A stretch of 64,000 nucleotides of DNA, taken from assembly GCF_000315625.1 (NCBI RefSeq), contig NW_005434613.1:67029-131028 (forward strand), read 5' to 3'. This stretch comes from Guillardia theta CCMP2712 (Eukaryota > Protista > Cryptophyta). Under the pieces are notes generated by a model. The model was not told the origin of the DNA. It saw nothing but the letters and a program-made list of their open reading frames with translations, and did no database searches. Made by a program: the position numbers and the translations under genes. This document shows, one piece after another, positions 24,459-36,007 of the stretch; the first letter of the stretch is position 1, and each line of letters opens with the position of its first letter.

Positions 24459-26684
24459 ATGAGTCGAGCATTCCAATTTTCAAGCAAGAATGTTTTCGAC
24501 AGTTTCAAATCGAATGACAGAGGGTCGCAAGGCAGCTTGCCACGCTCCGCTTCAAGCAACAGCCTCAATGGAGATCTCAAACGGACGACCTCGAAAGCCA
24601 TCGAGATGTTCCGATCGGGTTTGCGCTCCGGCTCTTCAGTGAGGAGGAGGAGCAACGTGAGCTTTACGGGAGTTCCCAAGAACGACTACTTTCCCTCCAA
24701 GAGCAATGTCTTCTGGAGATTCCTAGGCATCGGAGATCGTCAGGGGAATCTGAAAGCATCGCGACTGATTCACCCGGAGTCTCCCTTCAACTACACCGTC
24801 TCTCTGGTCTCTTCGCTCCTCCTGCTCTACACGGCCATTGTAGTGCAAGTCACTGTCAGCTTCTTCTGGAATGCGCCTGACTGCTGGAGCTCTCCCACGC
24901 TGCCTTTCGACATGTTTGTGGACACTTTCTTTGTCTTCCAGATCTTTTTGACTTTCTTCACTGGGGTTGAGATTCAAGGCGTGTACGCAGACTCACTGGG
25001 GGCGGTTGCTTGGAATTACGTCACTCATGCCTTCATCTTTGATGTATTCACGTCCATCCCTTCTTCGTATGTGGAATATTTCGCGGTAAAAGAATGCGGA
25101 AGCTCCGGCACCAGCGTCAACATGAACAGCCTCCTAATCATGAGGTGCATAAAACCTCTCAGGTTGCTGAAGTTGTCGAGGATGTTCAGGATGAAGAAGA
25201 TTCGTCTCATCCTCGACTCAATCGAGGAATTCTTTCAACTGCCAGGGTTCATGATGAGGATGTTCAGTATGCTCGCTGGAATCTCGCTGCTCGTGCACAG
25301 TTGTGCTTGTATCTACTGGCTTATCAAGGAGATGACCTTCAGCCAGGACGAGATTTGTCTTTTCCTCTCCCACTACAACCTCAACTGCTATTCTGGCCTG
25401 CTCGAGAAGTATGTCCTCACCATCTACTTCATGAACACAATCTTCACCACAGTTGGCTTCGGCGACATCACCCCTGAGAACACAGCTGAGAGGCTCTTCA
25501 CCATCATCGCCATGTACGCCGGCGTCATGGTCTTCGGCACCATGCTCTCGGAGGTTCAGAGCGCGCACATGCACGCGTTCCGCCTGCAGAAGCAGTGCGA
25601 CCAGGTGCACCATGACGTGAAGGACTTCCTGCGGTCTACCAACGTCCCCAAGGCTGTCAGCAGGCGCGTGCTGGAGTGGGTGGATCTCGACTATATGGTG
25701 AAGATGAGGAGGAACCAGCGGGAGGCAGCTCTCTCCCTCATCCCTCCTCAGCTCCGCATGCCCATCTTCGATCACCTGCACAAGGAGATGCTGTATGGGA
25801 TCCCCTTCCTCCGAGACCTGGCGGACATCCACCGCGATCAGTTCCTCCTCAACCTCTTCTCTCTTGCTCAGCCCATCACTTTCTGCAGCTTCATGCCCAT
25901 CGCAACGGTGGACGACGCTTGTGACCGTCTCTACATCATCACACACGGCAGCGTCAGCGTCGTTCTGCCCTCCGGGTCAATCGTCTCCACACTCAACGCT
26001 GGCGACTTTTTCGGAGAGAACAGCTTCCTCGGGGAGACAACATGGAGGGGAGAGCACGGGCAGGAGGTCGACTTCTGTGCTCTGACATCTGTAGTCTGCA
26101 TGTACATCTTGAAAGAAGACTTCATGCGGCTGCTCCAGTCATTCCCTGGACACATCCACGAGGAGATCGAGGCTCTCACGCAGGACCTCAAGGAGCTGCG
26201 GGAGGAGCAGGCTGCTTCGGATGATCCTCCTACCTCCGTCGCCATCCGCTGGTTCTATCTCTTCCGCAAGGCCAAGTGCCACATGCTTCACACGGATGGC
26301 ACGAGAGACCTGCTGATCAAGACGGTTCAGAAGCTCAAGTTTGCATCCATCTTCGGCAAGCACGACACTCAACGTGGCAAGTTTGAGGTCATCGCGGAGA
26401 AGCCAATCCCCGATGAGGAAGAGATAGTTCCGACCTGGGAGGGCAGGGGACCACAGGAAGAGGCGCAGAGTCACGGAAGCTCCGGGGACATTCTTGTTGC
26501 TATTCAGCAGCTGATCAGAGCGGAGCATGACTCGCTGCGCGCTTGCTTCGACCGTCGCATCAGTGAGATCACAACTCGCATGGACGCGCTGGAGGAGATG
26601 TGCTTCACTGAGGACACGGCCAAGGCAGATACAGCGAGCGTGTCAGGAGGAGATATCCAGCCTGTCGATGAGAGATATGCATAG
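24459..26684 (+). CDS. Voltage-gated K+ channel with cyclic-nucleotide-binding domain (KCNH/EAG/HCN-like), intronless; paralog of 9703-11898
   Basis: 741 aa ORF; S4 MRCIKPLRLLKLSRMFRMKK; pore TVGFGDITPEN; shares GVMVFGTMLSEVQ and WRGEHG with the paralog. Confidence 0.92.
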   Translation: MSRAFQFSSKNVFDSFKSNDRGSQGSLPRSASSNSLNGDLKRTTSKAIEMFRSGLRSGSSVRRRSNVSFTGVPKNDYFPSKSNVFWRFLGIGDRQGNLKASRLIHPESPFNYTVSLVSSLLLLYTAIVVQVTVSFFWNAPDCWSSPTLPFDMFVDTFFVFQIFLTFFTGVEIQGVYADSLGAVAWNYVTHAFIFDVFTSIPSSYVEYFAVKECGSSGTSVNMNSLLIMRCIKPLRLLKLSRMFRMKKIRLILDSIEEFFQLPGFMMRMFSMLAGISLLVHSCACIYWLIKEMTFSQDEICLFLSHYNLNCYSGLLEKYVLTIYFMNTIFTTVGFGDITPENTAERLFTIIAMYAGVMVFGTMLSEVQSAHMHAFRLQKQCDQVHHDVKDFLRSTNVPKAVSRRVLEWVDLDYMVKMRRNQREAALSLIPPQLRMPIFDHLHKEMLYGIPFLRDLADIHRDQFLLNLFSLAQPITFCSFMPIATVDDACDRLYIITHGSVSVVLPSGSIVSTLNAGDFFGENSFLGETTWRGEHGQEVDFCALTSVVCMYILKEDFMRLLQSFPGHIHEEIEALTQDLKELREEQAASDDPPTSVAIRWFYLFRKAKCHMLHTDGTRDLLIKTVQKLKFASIFGKHDTQRGKFEVIAEKPIPDEEEIVPTWEGRGPQEEAQSHGSSGDILVAIQQLIRAEHDSLRACFDRRISEITTRMDALEEMCFTEDTAKADTASVSGGDIQPVDERYA

Positions 26685-27141
26685 CTCACTCCACTGCTCC
26701 CTCCCTCCCCTTCCCGACTCTCTCTCTCTCTCCCTCCCTCCCTCCCTCCCTCCTCTTCTTCTTTGCTACGACCTCTTTATATTCAACTTCTCTCGCCGTC
26801 ATGGCAGCACAAGGGAGAAGATATTCAACTCTATGAATTTAGCTTAGATAATCAAAATGAAGATTTTTAATGTTTGCATGTTAGCATGCAGCAGTTGTTG
26901 TTTCTCCTCACGCCGGCAGATCAGCTCTTTCTTCCATAGCAAACAACTACCTCGTTCAAACGCACACCATTGACTACGTTACACACCATGGACTACACTA
27001 ACACACCATTGACGAGGTTCCTTATGAGACTGCATCGTCTTTGACACGGCACTTCACCTCGCCCGCTTGTTCTCCCCGTCGTCTCGACCTCCAGCTGTTG
27101 CACAAACATCGCCTATCCCCAACTACCCCCAGCACACCCTC

Positions 27142-27772
27142 TCAGCTGATAGTGCACAGCACGGGTGCCGGCCAGACGTGATCGTAGTAGGCGCGATGAG
27201 CGCGGGGAGGATGGTAGCGATTGAGAAAGCCTGCGGGTCTTGCCCATCAGCCCCTGCAGCACTGACCCTCCATGCGCACTCACCGCAGCGGCAGCAGCGA
27301 AAGTCGATAGGGGCAGGGGAGAAAGGGATCGCGTTGATGTCCCTGCAGGTTGAACAGGCTACCTGTGTGCGAGGGATCAGGAGGACAGAGGGGGGGGAGG
27401 AGCAGCGACATGAACAATGGTGGGGGGGTCGTGAGACGAGTACGACGGGTCTTGGTAACCTGCTCGTCGGTAGTCTGGGAGAGGCGCATGCATCCTCGCT
27501 TGAGCTAGCTCTCTGTTCTCACGGTCATACTCCTCCTGCAGAGCACGAGCAACGGCCTCGTCGTCCCCAGTCTGCTGCCCTCCGTTTGCTGCGTTTCCTG
27601 ACCGTAAAGTTTCCATTTCGTGACTTCTACTTGCAGCCATTGTGAACCTGTGCAGCAAATCAGCGTGGCATGGACTAACGTTGGCAGGGATACTAGGCAA
27701 AGCACCCTTGCTCTGTCCCTCCCTCACTTCTGTTCCTTCCATGTTACCCTCCTCGTTTGTTCTCAGCTGCAT
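27142..27772 (-). CDS. Small protein with UIM-like motif, CxxC..CxxC zinc ribbon and C-terminal CaaX
   Basis: DDEAVARALQEE; VACSTCRDIN...FRCCRCG|FLNRY...PVLCTIS* joined via a phase-1 intron. Confidence 0.7.
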
Positions 27773-28534
27773 TTGCCTGTCTGTCTGTCGCTCCCTTCAT
27801 CAAAGTTTCTAATCCACTTCAAGCATCCTGTGATCGCTGCTGTGCACGTCCCATCCTTTCCCATACTCTCTCCTCTCCTCCCCTCCCCTCCCCTCCCCTC
27901 CCCGTCTCGTCTCCTCCCCTCCCCTCCCCTTCGCTCTCGCCCCCTGCTACAGCATCGTCTCATTTTCGTCCCGTTTGTTCTCATCCTCATAATCACATCA
28001 TCCCCCTCATACCCTATTCTCATGGAGATGAGCCTCATCCCCTCTCAGACCACCAACGAGCCGAAATAGAAGATGGCAGGCAATGTTGCTGAAACAGGCG
28101 GGAGAGCGCAGAATGGGAGGAGACAGGAGAGGAGAGGAGAGGAGAAGGAGAGGAGAGGAGAGGAGAGGAGAAGGAGAGGGAAGGAGAGGAGAGGAGAAGG
28201 AGAGGAGAGGAGAGGAGAGGAGAGGAGAGACGCTGGTTTAGGCAAGTCGAAAGAAGCAGAGAGGTGAGGCGAGGCGATAAGAAGGGAGACGAGGGAAAAC
28301 ATAGTGTAGTGCTATGTAGGAGTGAGGTTGCGGTCGCTATTATTGCGGTTGGAATATTGAGTTGGAGGTATTAGCAGAAGTGTAAACAGTCGGAAGTAAG
28401 ACTTGAGCTTGAGATTGATTTCTGATATCGATCACAGCAGGAGGGTTTGTTGGACGAGTAGCTTCCTGGAACAATCGGGAGATGGAGGAACATTGAACGC
28501 GGTTAACAACCTGAGACAACATCAAGCAAGCGGG

Positions 28535-30056
28535 ATGGCGATGGATTTTATCTTATCAAGATCCACAGCATTCCAGCTGGTCTCCCTAGTTATTCTCTGT
28601 GAGTTTTTCTTCTTCTTTCTCATGCTCTTGCCCTTGCAATCGCTCCAACCTTGTCCTTCTCATTCTTCTCTTCCTCCTCTACATTGCCTTCTTGTACCTC
28701 TTCCCTCCCCATCCTCTCCCCCCTTCCCCTTCCCCTTCCCCTTCCCCTTCCCCTTCCCCTTCCCCTTTCCCCTCCCTTCGGGTGACATGACCGTACCATT
28801 ACAGCATGCTTCATCCTCGATCTCGATGCTTCTAGTAGCGGGCCCTCGCACAAGGTCAGTCGCAACCGTCTCCTCCTGCTTCTCATCCTGTGGCTCCTTC
28901 CAGGTCGACAGCAGCCTTGAACTCTTGCATGCGGTAGCGAAGCTGCGGCAGGCGGTTAGAACATCCTCCCTTCAGGAAGCAGCGGTAAGTTATAAGCCCG
29001 ATTCCCTTCCCTTCCCCCCCNNNNNNNNNNNNNNNNNNNNNNNNNNNNNNNNNNNNNNNNNNNNNNNNNNNNNNNNNNNNNNNNNNNNNNNNNNNNNNNN
29101 NNNNNNNNNNNNNNNNNNNNCCTCTCTCACTCTCTCTCTCTATGCTCCTTCTCCTCCTCCTCCTCCTTCCTCCTCCTCCTCCTCCTCCTCCTCCTCCTCC
29201 TCCTCCTCCTCCTCCTCCTCCTCCTCCTCTTCCTTCATCTCCTCCTCCTCTTCCTTCATCTCCTCCTCTTCTCATCTTCTCTTCCTCTTCCTTCATCCCC
29301 TCATCTTCTCATACTCTTTCTCCAGCGCTGCCCCTTCGCCTGCAGCCTCAGCTCCATCCCCTCCTCCCCTGAAGCCCGTGGTACTGACCCTTCCCCTTCC
29401 ACTTGCCCATCCTGACAGCATGTAGGACTGCTCGGGCGAGCCTGGAGGGTGCTTCGGCACCCACCGCGCTATCCATCAGCTACTTCCGCTGATCATCTTT
29501 GGCTTCATTGGAGCAGGTAGGCGAAGGCAGCCGTTACTGCAGTCCCTAACTCCCTGACTAGGTTTCTACTGGTCGTACCTGCGATTTGTTTACCCTCAGG
29601 GTCGGGCCAAGAAGGCTGTAGCCGAGCAGCCGAGGACGGTAGCCGAACCCCCCCCCGCCTTCCCACCCCCCGCTCTCTCCCTCCCTCTCACGCTCTCTCC
29701 TCCCTCTCACGCTCTCTCCCACTCCCTCTCCCTCTGCCCCACATCCTCTCCCCTCTCTCTCTCTTCCTCCTTCGTGCTTCTTCCTCATCCTGCTGTTGAA
29801 AGTTCCTCCTCCCCGTCTTTCCCCTCCTCCTACTGCTGCTGACCTTCTCTTCCTGCTCCGCTTCTTACGACTACCACCACTGCTAAATCGTCTTGACCAT
29901 GCTCCTGCTCATGCTCTTGCTCCTGCTTCCCGTTTCTTGCTCCTTCCCAAACTGAGGTTTTATCCCTGTTTGTGAGAATTGTTTCAGGTGGTGTTTGCTC
30001 CTTCCCAGAAGATCTATGACACTTTCGGTCAAGAGAATGCCCCGAACCTTGTTTGA
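28535..30056 (+). CDS. Hypothetical secretory single-pass membrane protein
   Basis: Exons MAMDFILSRSTAFQLVSLVIL.., VDSSLELLHAVAKLRQ.., DCSGEPGGCFGTHRAIHQLLPLIIFGFIGA|GFYWSYLRF.., VVFAPSQKIYDTFGQENAPNLV*. Confidence 0.5.
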
Positions 30057-30117
30057 TAGATGAAAGACATAAGGGACAAGTGCTGACAAGGAACCTCGTT
30101 TAACGAAGCTGAAACAA

Positions 30118-32845
30118 TCAACCCTCCCCTCTCGTATCTTCCAACATCTTCATCCTTTCATTCCCGTCCTCCTCTCCCTTCCCCTCTGAACCCTTCTCCT
30201 CCCCTCCCTTCTCCTTCTCAAACGGACCGGCCTCGCCTCCTTTCGCTTCTCCTCTGCCGCCTGTGGGAAAGGTCTCTAGGGAGGGAGGGCTGTACTTCCT
30301 GACGTCGATGTAGCCAGCAGGTTTGTGAGCTGTAAAGTGTGACATGAAAGTGAGGACAGGAAGGAGAATCGAGAAGAGGAGGACCGCGAGGGGCACAGCA
30401 GGAGCAGAGCAGGGAAGGGGGGTGGCAGGAGAAGGGAAGAGAGGAACCTTCAGGAATCGCCCTCATTGAAGACAAGGGGGAGGAGGAGGAGGAGGAGGAG
30501 GAGGAGGAGGAGGAGACAACTTACAGGAGCAGAATTCTCTGAAGGAGGTCCACGTTGCTCTGCGAGCCTTCCCTCCTCCTACTCCATTTCCTCCTCCATT
30601 CTTCAGGTTCGCAGCGTCCATCTTTGAGCGAGAGCCGAACCATGGCTGCTTGCAGCAACTGGAGCAGAAGGAAGGGGATCAGCGAAGAAGGCGGAGGGCA
30701 GGAGGGAGGAAGGGGAAGAGCAGGGAGGGAGGGAGGACATGTTCATGATCGTAGAGAATGGTAGAGAGAAGAAGAGAGAGAAGAGGGGGGGGGGAGGCAA
30801 ACATGTAGAGGAGATGCAGGGGGCAGGCAGGAAGGCAGGCAGGAAGGCAGGAAGGCAAGATGGAAGGCGGGGGCAGGGGCTCTACCCTTGGAAGTCGCAG
30901 CGCCGGACGTCGCAGTTGATGTGGCTCGCGTTCTTATGGGTCCCGCAGAACCTGAGCCCAATCTCAAAGGAAGAAGAGAGGGAGGGAAGGAGGCAGGCAG
31001 GAAGTCAGGCTGGGAGCTTCTACTGTCTACTTTGTTCACCTTGCTTGACCTTCACTCATGCCGTAGAGAGCTCGTCGTTGACATCCGCTAGCCTGCAGGA
31101 GGATGAGGAGGACAAGGGGAAGGAGGAGAAGAGGGGGGTGATGGAAACGGGGTGGAGGGAGGAGGGAAGAGGAGGGAGGAGGAGGAGGACAAGGGGAAGG
31201 AGGGAAAGGAGGGAGGAGGGAAAGGAGGGAGGAGGAGGAAGAGGAGGGAGGAGGACAAGGGGAAGGAGGGAGAGGAGGGAGGAGGAGGAAGAGGAGGGAG
31301 GAGGAGGAGGAGGATGGAGGAGGGAGGAGGGAGGGGCTGCACTTCGCATGTTCGGCAACGGACATTCACTTGCATCTCCTTCCTGCCGCACAGCAGTGAG
31401 TGGAAGTTGAGCAGGGAGGAGGCTGACTTGTGATGCGAGCAGTACAGGGCTCGTCGCCCGGGTTCGCCGTAGGTGGCTCTGCGGTTGCAGCCCTCCTGAA
31501 AGAGGTGACTGAGAGATGAAGGGAACCAGGAAGAGGAGGGAAGGAGGAAGGGAAGGGAAGTGGGGGAAGGGGAGGGAAAAAAGGGGGAGGGGGGGAGGGA
31601 GGGAAGGAGAAGGAAGNNNNNNNNNNNNNNNNNNNNNNNNNNNNNNNNNNNNNNNNNNNNNNNNNNNNNNNNNNNNNNNNNNNNNNNNNNNNNNNNNNNN
31701 NNNNNNNNNNNNNNNNACTAAGAGACGATCTGAGCACACAGTACTGCCTCCTTCGCCTTCTCTCTCCCTCCTTCTCCTCTCCCCTCCTCCTCCCCTCCTC
31801 CTTGCTTCCTCCTCCTTTTCCCACTTTCCTCCTCCTCCTCCTCCTCCTCCTCCTCCTCCTCCTCTGCTGCGAACCTTGTTCGTGCGGGGATTCCCGCATG
31901 TGGCTCTCCTCTTACATCCATTTGTCCTGACAGGATCGTTAGCCCGCAGGCATCGACCAGCAGCAATCGAGCGAGACCACCTGCACATAGACTTGTCCTT
32001 GGCACGAAAGAATTCTCCGGTGTACGTCCCCTCCGGAGATCCCCCGGTGTTCCTGCCGGTCTGCACAGCTTCCCCACCCAGCCTTGACTGGTTGCACTGT
32101 TTCAGCTGCTTGCACTGAAAGCAAATCAGCTTCTCCTTCTCCTCCGCCTTCATCGCCTCCTCGATGTCGTCCTCCCACTCCAGCATCTCATTGAGAGCCA
32201 ACAGCTCCTCTTGCTCCTCCTCGTTCATGTTGGCAGGATTCACCATCATGTCAGAGTATGCTTCTGCGATCGCCGTTGCGATCTTCGTCCTCTCGTCTCC
32301 GGCCTCATACGCCACCGATGAGATGGATCGACCGCAAAGAGCACAGACGTCCTCCTCCTCCTCCTCCTCCTCCTCAGCGTGAGTAATGATCCTGTCTCCA
32401 TTTGAGAGCGGATCAGCCTGAGAGCATATCGTCTCCAGAGGCCCTCTACAAACCCCTCCTTGTCTTTGCTCCCACATCATGTCTGCCTCCCAACCCCCTC
32501 CTCGTAGACCCAACACTGGTCGTCTTAGATCGTATCCCAGCACATGGTACCCTCCAAGAGGACGTGAAGATTTTACTTCCGCTGCATTCCCTTCACCATG
32601 AAACCTGATAGATGGTCAATTCCATGATGACAACGCAGCAAGTCTTACTCGTACCTCAGATCCCGTCTCGTGATTTCTTCCCTGTTGTGCATGCACTTTG
32701 TTGAGGATGAGATGAACAAGGAAGGAAGTCGTGTCTCAGCATGTATGTGATCATGATGAGATGTTTCTGCCTTACAGCACCTCTCAAGGCTGATCGGTAC
32801 CATCATGGCAACCAGCGCCATGAGCTCCACAAGGAAACGTACCAT
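30118..32845 (-). CDS. EsV-1-7-like cysteine-rich repeat protein
   Basis: Repeated GCxxxAx(Y/F)G...(Y/F)CxxHK...V units: GCKRRATCGNP, GCNRRATYGEPGRRALYCSHHK, CQRRALYG, FCGTHKNASHINCDVRRC, CCKQPWFG, HKPAGYIDVRK. Gene ends uncertain. Confidence 0.7.
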
Positions 32846-33059
32846 GCCTGTCCTCACAACTCCTCCTCTCTCATCCCATGTCTGTGTCTATGATCGCCTG
32901 GATCGCATCATACATCTCGCTTCTGTCCCTCTATCAGCCGCTTCCTTCTGCTCACCTCCTTTCTTTCCATCCCTCTGCTCCTCTCCTCCCTCCTCTCCTT
33001 CCTCCTCCTCATCTCCTTCCTCTCTCCTAGTGCGGCATAATGCGACTGGTGCAAAAATC

Positions 33060-33300
33060 CCATTGACCCTCATCCCCGCTCAGTTTATACCCTCATCCCC
33101 GCTCAGTATACCCTCATCCGACCTGCCCACCGACCCCTGCACCGACCCATTAAAACTTCATGAAGTGGGGTACCTGGTGGGGTAGGGGGGTGGTACCTGG
33201 CAGAGTGATGACTCTATTTCATAGGGGTGGTAGGTGAGTATGGGTGGTGGTAGGGGGGTGCCTCAGAGGGTAAGGGGCAGCAGGTATTTTTGGGAGAATA
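33060..33300. promoter_or_regulatory. TACCC/GGGGTA-rich block between divergent genes
   Basis: ataccctc twice, ggggtacc, ggggtagggggg, ggtacc. Confidence 0.35.
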
Positions 33301-33367
33301 ATGCTTATGATTGTATAACTGTCTTTTATATTTATTTGGTGATACGGTGAGGCGGACTTGATTTCGT

Positions 33368-34439
33368 ATGGACTTGCGTGGAAGCGAGGACGGGAGAGGC
33401 AGCGAGGTGGATGGATGGAGGGAGAGAGAGGAGAGGAGAGGAGAGGAGAGGAGAGGAGAGGAGAGGGGGAGAGGAGGAGGAGAGGAGGAGGAGGAGGAGG
33501 AGGGAGGAGGAGGGGAGGGGAGGGGAGGGGAGGGGAGGGGAGGGGAGGGGAGGGGAGGGGAGGGGAGGGGAGGGGAGGGGANNNNNNNNNNNNNNNNNNN
33601 NNNNNNNNNNNNNNNNNNNNNNNNNNNNNNNNNNNNNNNNNNNNNNNNNNNNNNNNNNNNNNNNNNNNNNNNNNNNNNNNNCACCACCCTCCTCCTCCTC
33701 CTCCTCCTCCTCCTCCTCCTTCTCCTCCTCCTCCTCTCCCCCCCTCGCCCCCTGCGTTCTTACTGTAGGATCAGATCACGAGGCGGAGGAGGAGGAGCCC
33801 TGGGGAACGTGAGGAGGAACGAGTTCGGGGAGGTGATTGGGCAGCGGAGCAACTCATCCAGGGAGAGCGAGGGCAGGTGAGAGCTGAGTTGCTCGAGTTT
33901 CCTCCTCCCTCTTCTCGCTCATGGCTTCTCTTCAGCGCCCGAGACAAAGACACCGATGGCGGGCGGTACCGTGAAGGCAGGGACAGGCGGGACAGGTTCG
34001 AGCTCACTTGCTCGTTGATTTATGCTCACAAACATTGTAGGAGCCCTGAGGATTCGAGATCGCGCAGTCGAGATCGAGACCGACGAGGGCGGAACAGGAG
34101 CAGGTGATTTATCAAAGCGCTCCTTTCTTCGTGTCCTCTTTCGGAGGACACTGCTGATTTTCTGTTTGGTGACGTGTGGTCTGCATCGATAGGAGCCGAG
34201 AACGTCGCAGGGACAGGAGCAGGTGGGGAGGGAGCAGGAGAAACTTGCCATCGAGCGTTTGACTGACCACTGTCTTTGGTCTCAGGAGTGGCGACCGTCG
34301 GAGAGGAAGGAGCCGAAGTAGAGAGCGTCGTTACCGCGAACGCAGTCGCGATCGAGATCGAAGGGACCGATCCCGCTCGCGCTCCCGAGATCGCGACCGA
34401 AGAGATCGAGACAGAGACCGTAGCCGAAGTCGTGACAGA

Positions 34440-34480
<41 letters not shown>

Positions 34481-35632
34481 TCGGAGAGAGAGAGACAAAG
34501 GTTCGAACAAGAAGAGGAGGGACGAAAGCGATGCAGAGAGCTCGGACGACAACTCCTTCTCTTTCTCCGCCACTCAGGTCAGGCACGAGCGATGTCGAGC
34601 TCATCTGAACTGCCGCAGCTTGCCAACATGCTCTGCGAAGTTTGGAGCTCGGAGGAGTCTAAGATGCGATCCGAGACGCTGGAGCAGGTACCCACGTCCT
34701 CGTCTGCCTGCTGCTGATGCGCCGTCGACTTTCCCAGTGCCTGCAAGAGAACGTCTGCATCTCTAAACTCGAGAGTGGAGCTGTGTTGATGCGAGGAAGT
34801 CAGAACGTGCTCAAGGTCCCCAAACCCCATGGGAGGCGCCACTTGATCGCATGAGGCAGGCATGGTCGAGCAAGGAAGGCGGTGGGAGTGCAGAGCCGTC
34901 GTGCAGCATCTATGTGGAAAGCGAAGACAAGTCGAAGCCAACGCTGGTGGCCTTCATTTTCCTCTTCTCATATCCCGTCCTCCGCTCCCCCCCCCTCTCC
35001 TCCTCTCCTCCTCTCCTCCTCTCCTCCTCTCCTGCTTCACCTCATCACCATCTGCTCCTCGTAGTCGCTCATCTCCCTCAACTCACTCTATTGAAGGTTC
35101 TGCACGTCTACCCGGCCAGCAAGAGCCCAGGGATGACGGCCAAGGGCATGTAGGCGACTCGATCCTCTCTCGACGCACTTGAATGACATTCTTGCCACGT
35201 CAGAAGTGCGACGGGGGGAGGAGAAGTCTTGGCTGCCCTCTACCGCGTTGAGAAGAACAAGATCAATCACATCTGGGTGACCCGCCCGCCTCCTCCTCTT
35301 CCTCCTCAACTGATGTCTCTCCCCAGCTGAGCTCGGAGGTCCCGGCGGGCAAGCTGAGCAAGGAGGCGGTCAAGAGCTCGAAGATGTGGAACTTGGCGAT
35401 GGAGGTGAAGGAGCACCAGCACCAGCAGAGAGGTAGCGGGCTGACCCGGCCCGCAGATTATCCGCGAGAGTGTCAACTCGCCGAGCAAGACGTCAGCTGG
35501 AGGAGGGCGTCTGGGGTTGTCATGACGTGTGTGGGCAGGTTCTACTGGAACGACTACTCGAGCGCGGAAGACAAGCTCGGGATGGGGCTGGGAAGCACCT
35601 CGTCGGCGGAATCATGGACCGAGAAGGAATGA
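33368..35632 (+). CDS. Arg/Ser/Asp-rich (RS-like) protein with globular C-terminal domain
   Basis: Exons RSPEDSRSRSRDRDRR.., a long RSRSRDRDR tract at ~34290-34540, then QLANMLCEVWSS..; VLAALYRVEKNKINHI; FYWNDYSSAEDK...EKE*. Confidence 0.6.
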
Positions 35633-36007
35633 AGGAGTATGGAAGGCCGAGAAGGGCAAGAGAGGAGTTTGCGAAGAGGAGGAATGGGGAGTAAGAGAAG
35701 AGATCGAAAGCTTTCTATGGTGGAAGAGACAGGACATAATGAAACTGTGGGATTTTCGGATGAAGAGCATCTTTGATCTCTTGAGAGACTGTGCTGACGA
35801 TTCTTGTCCTTGAGTTGACAAGATTTTGTACATCAATAATTCAATGCCATGGAAGTTTCTTGTTCCCTCACCTTAGACTGTATTGCAGCTTGGACATCAG
35901 CTTATGACAGGAACCGCAGAATGTCATGGCAAGTATTCGGATTAGCTGTGGATGACTTCGTCGCTGCCTGATGACTTCGCAAAGTTGACGAGTTGACAAG
36001 TGACTGC

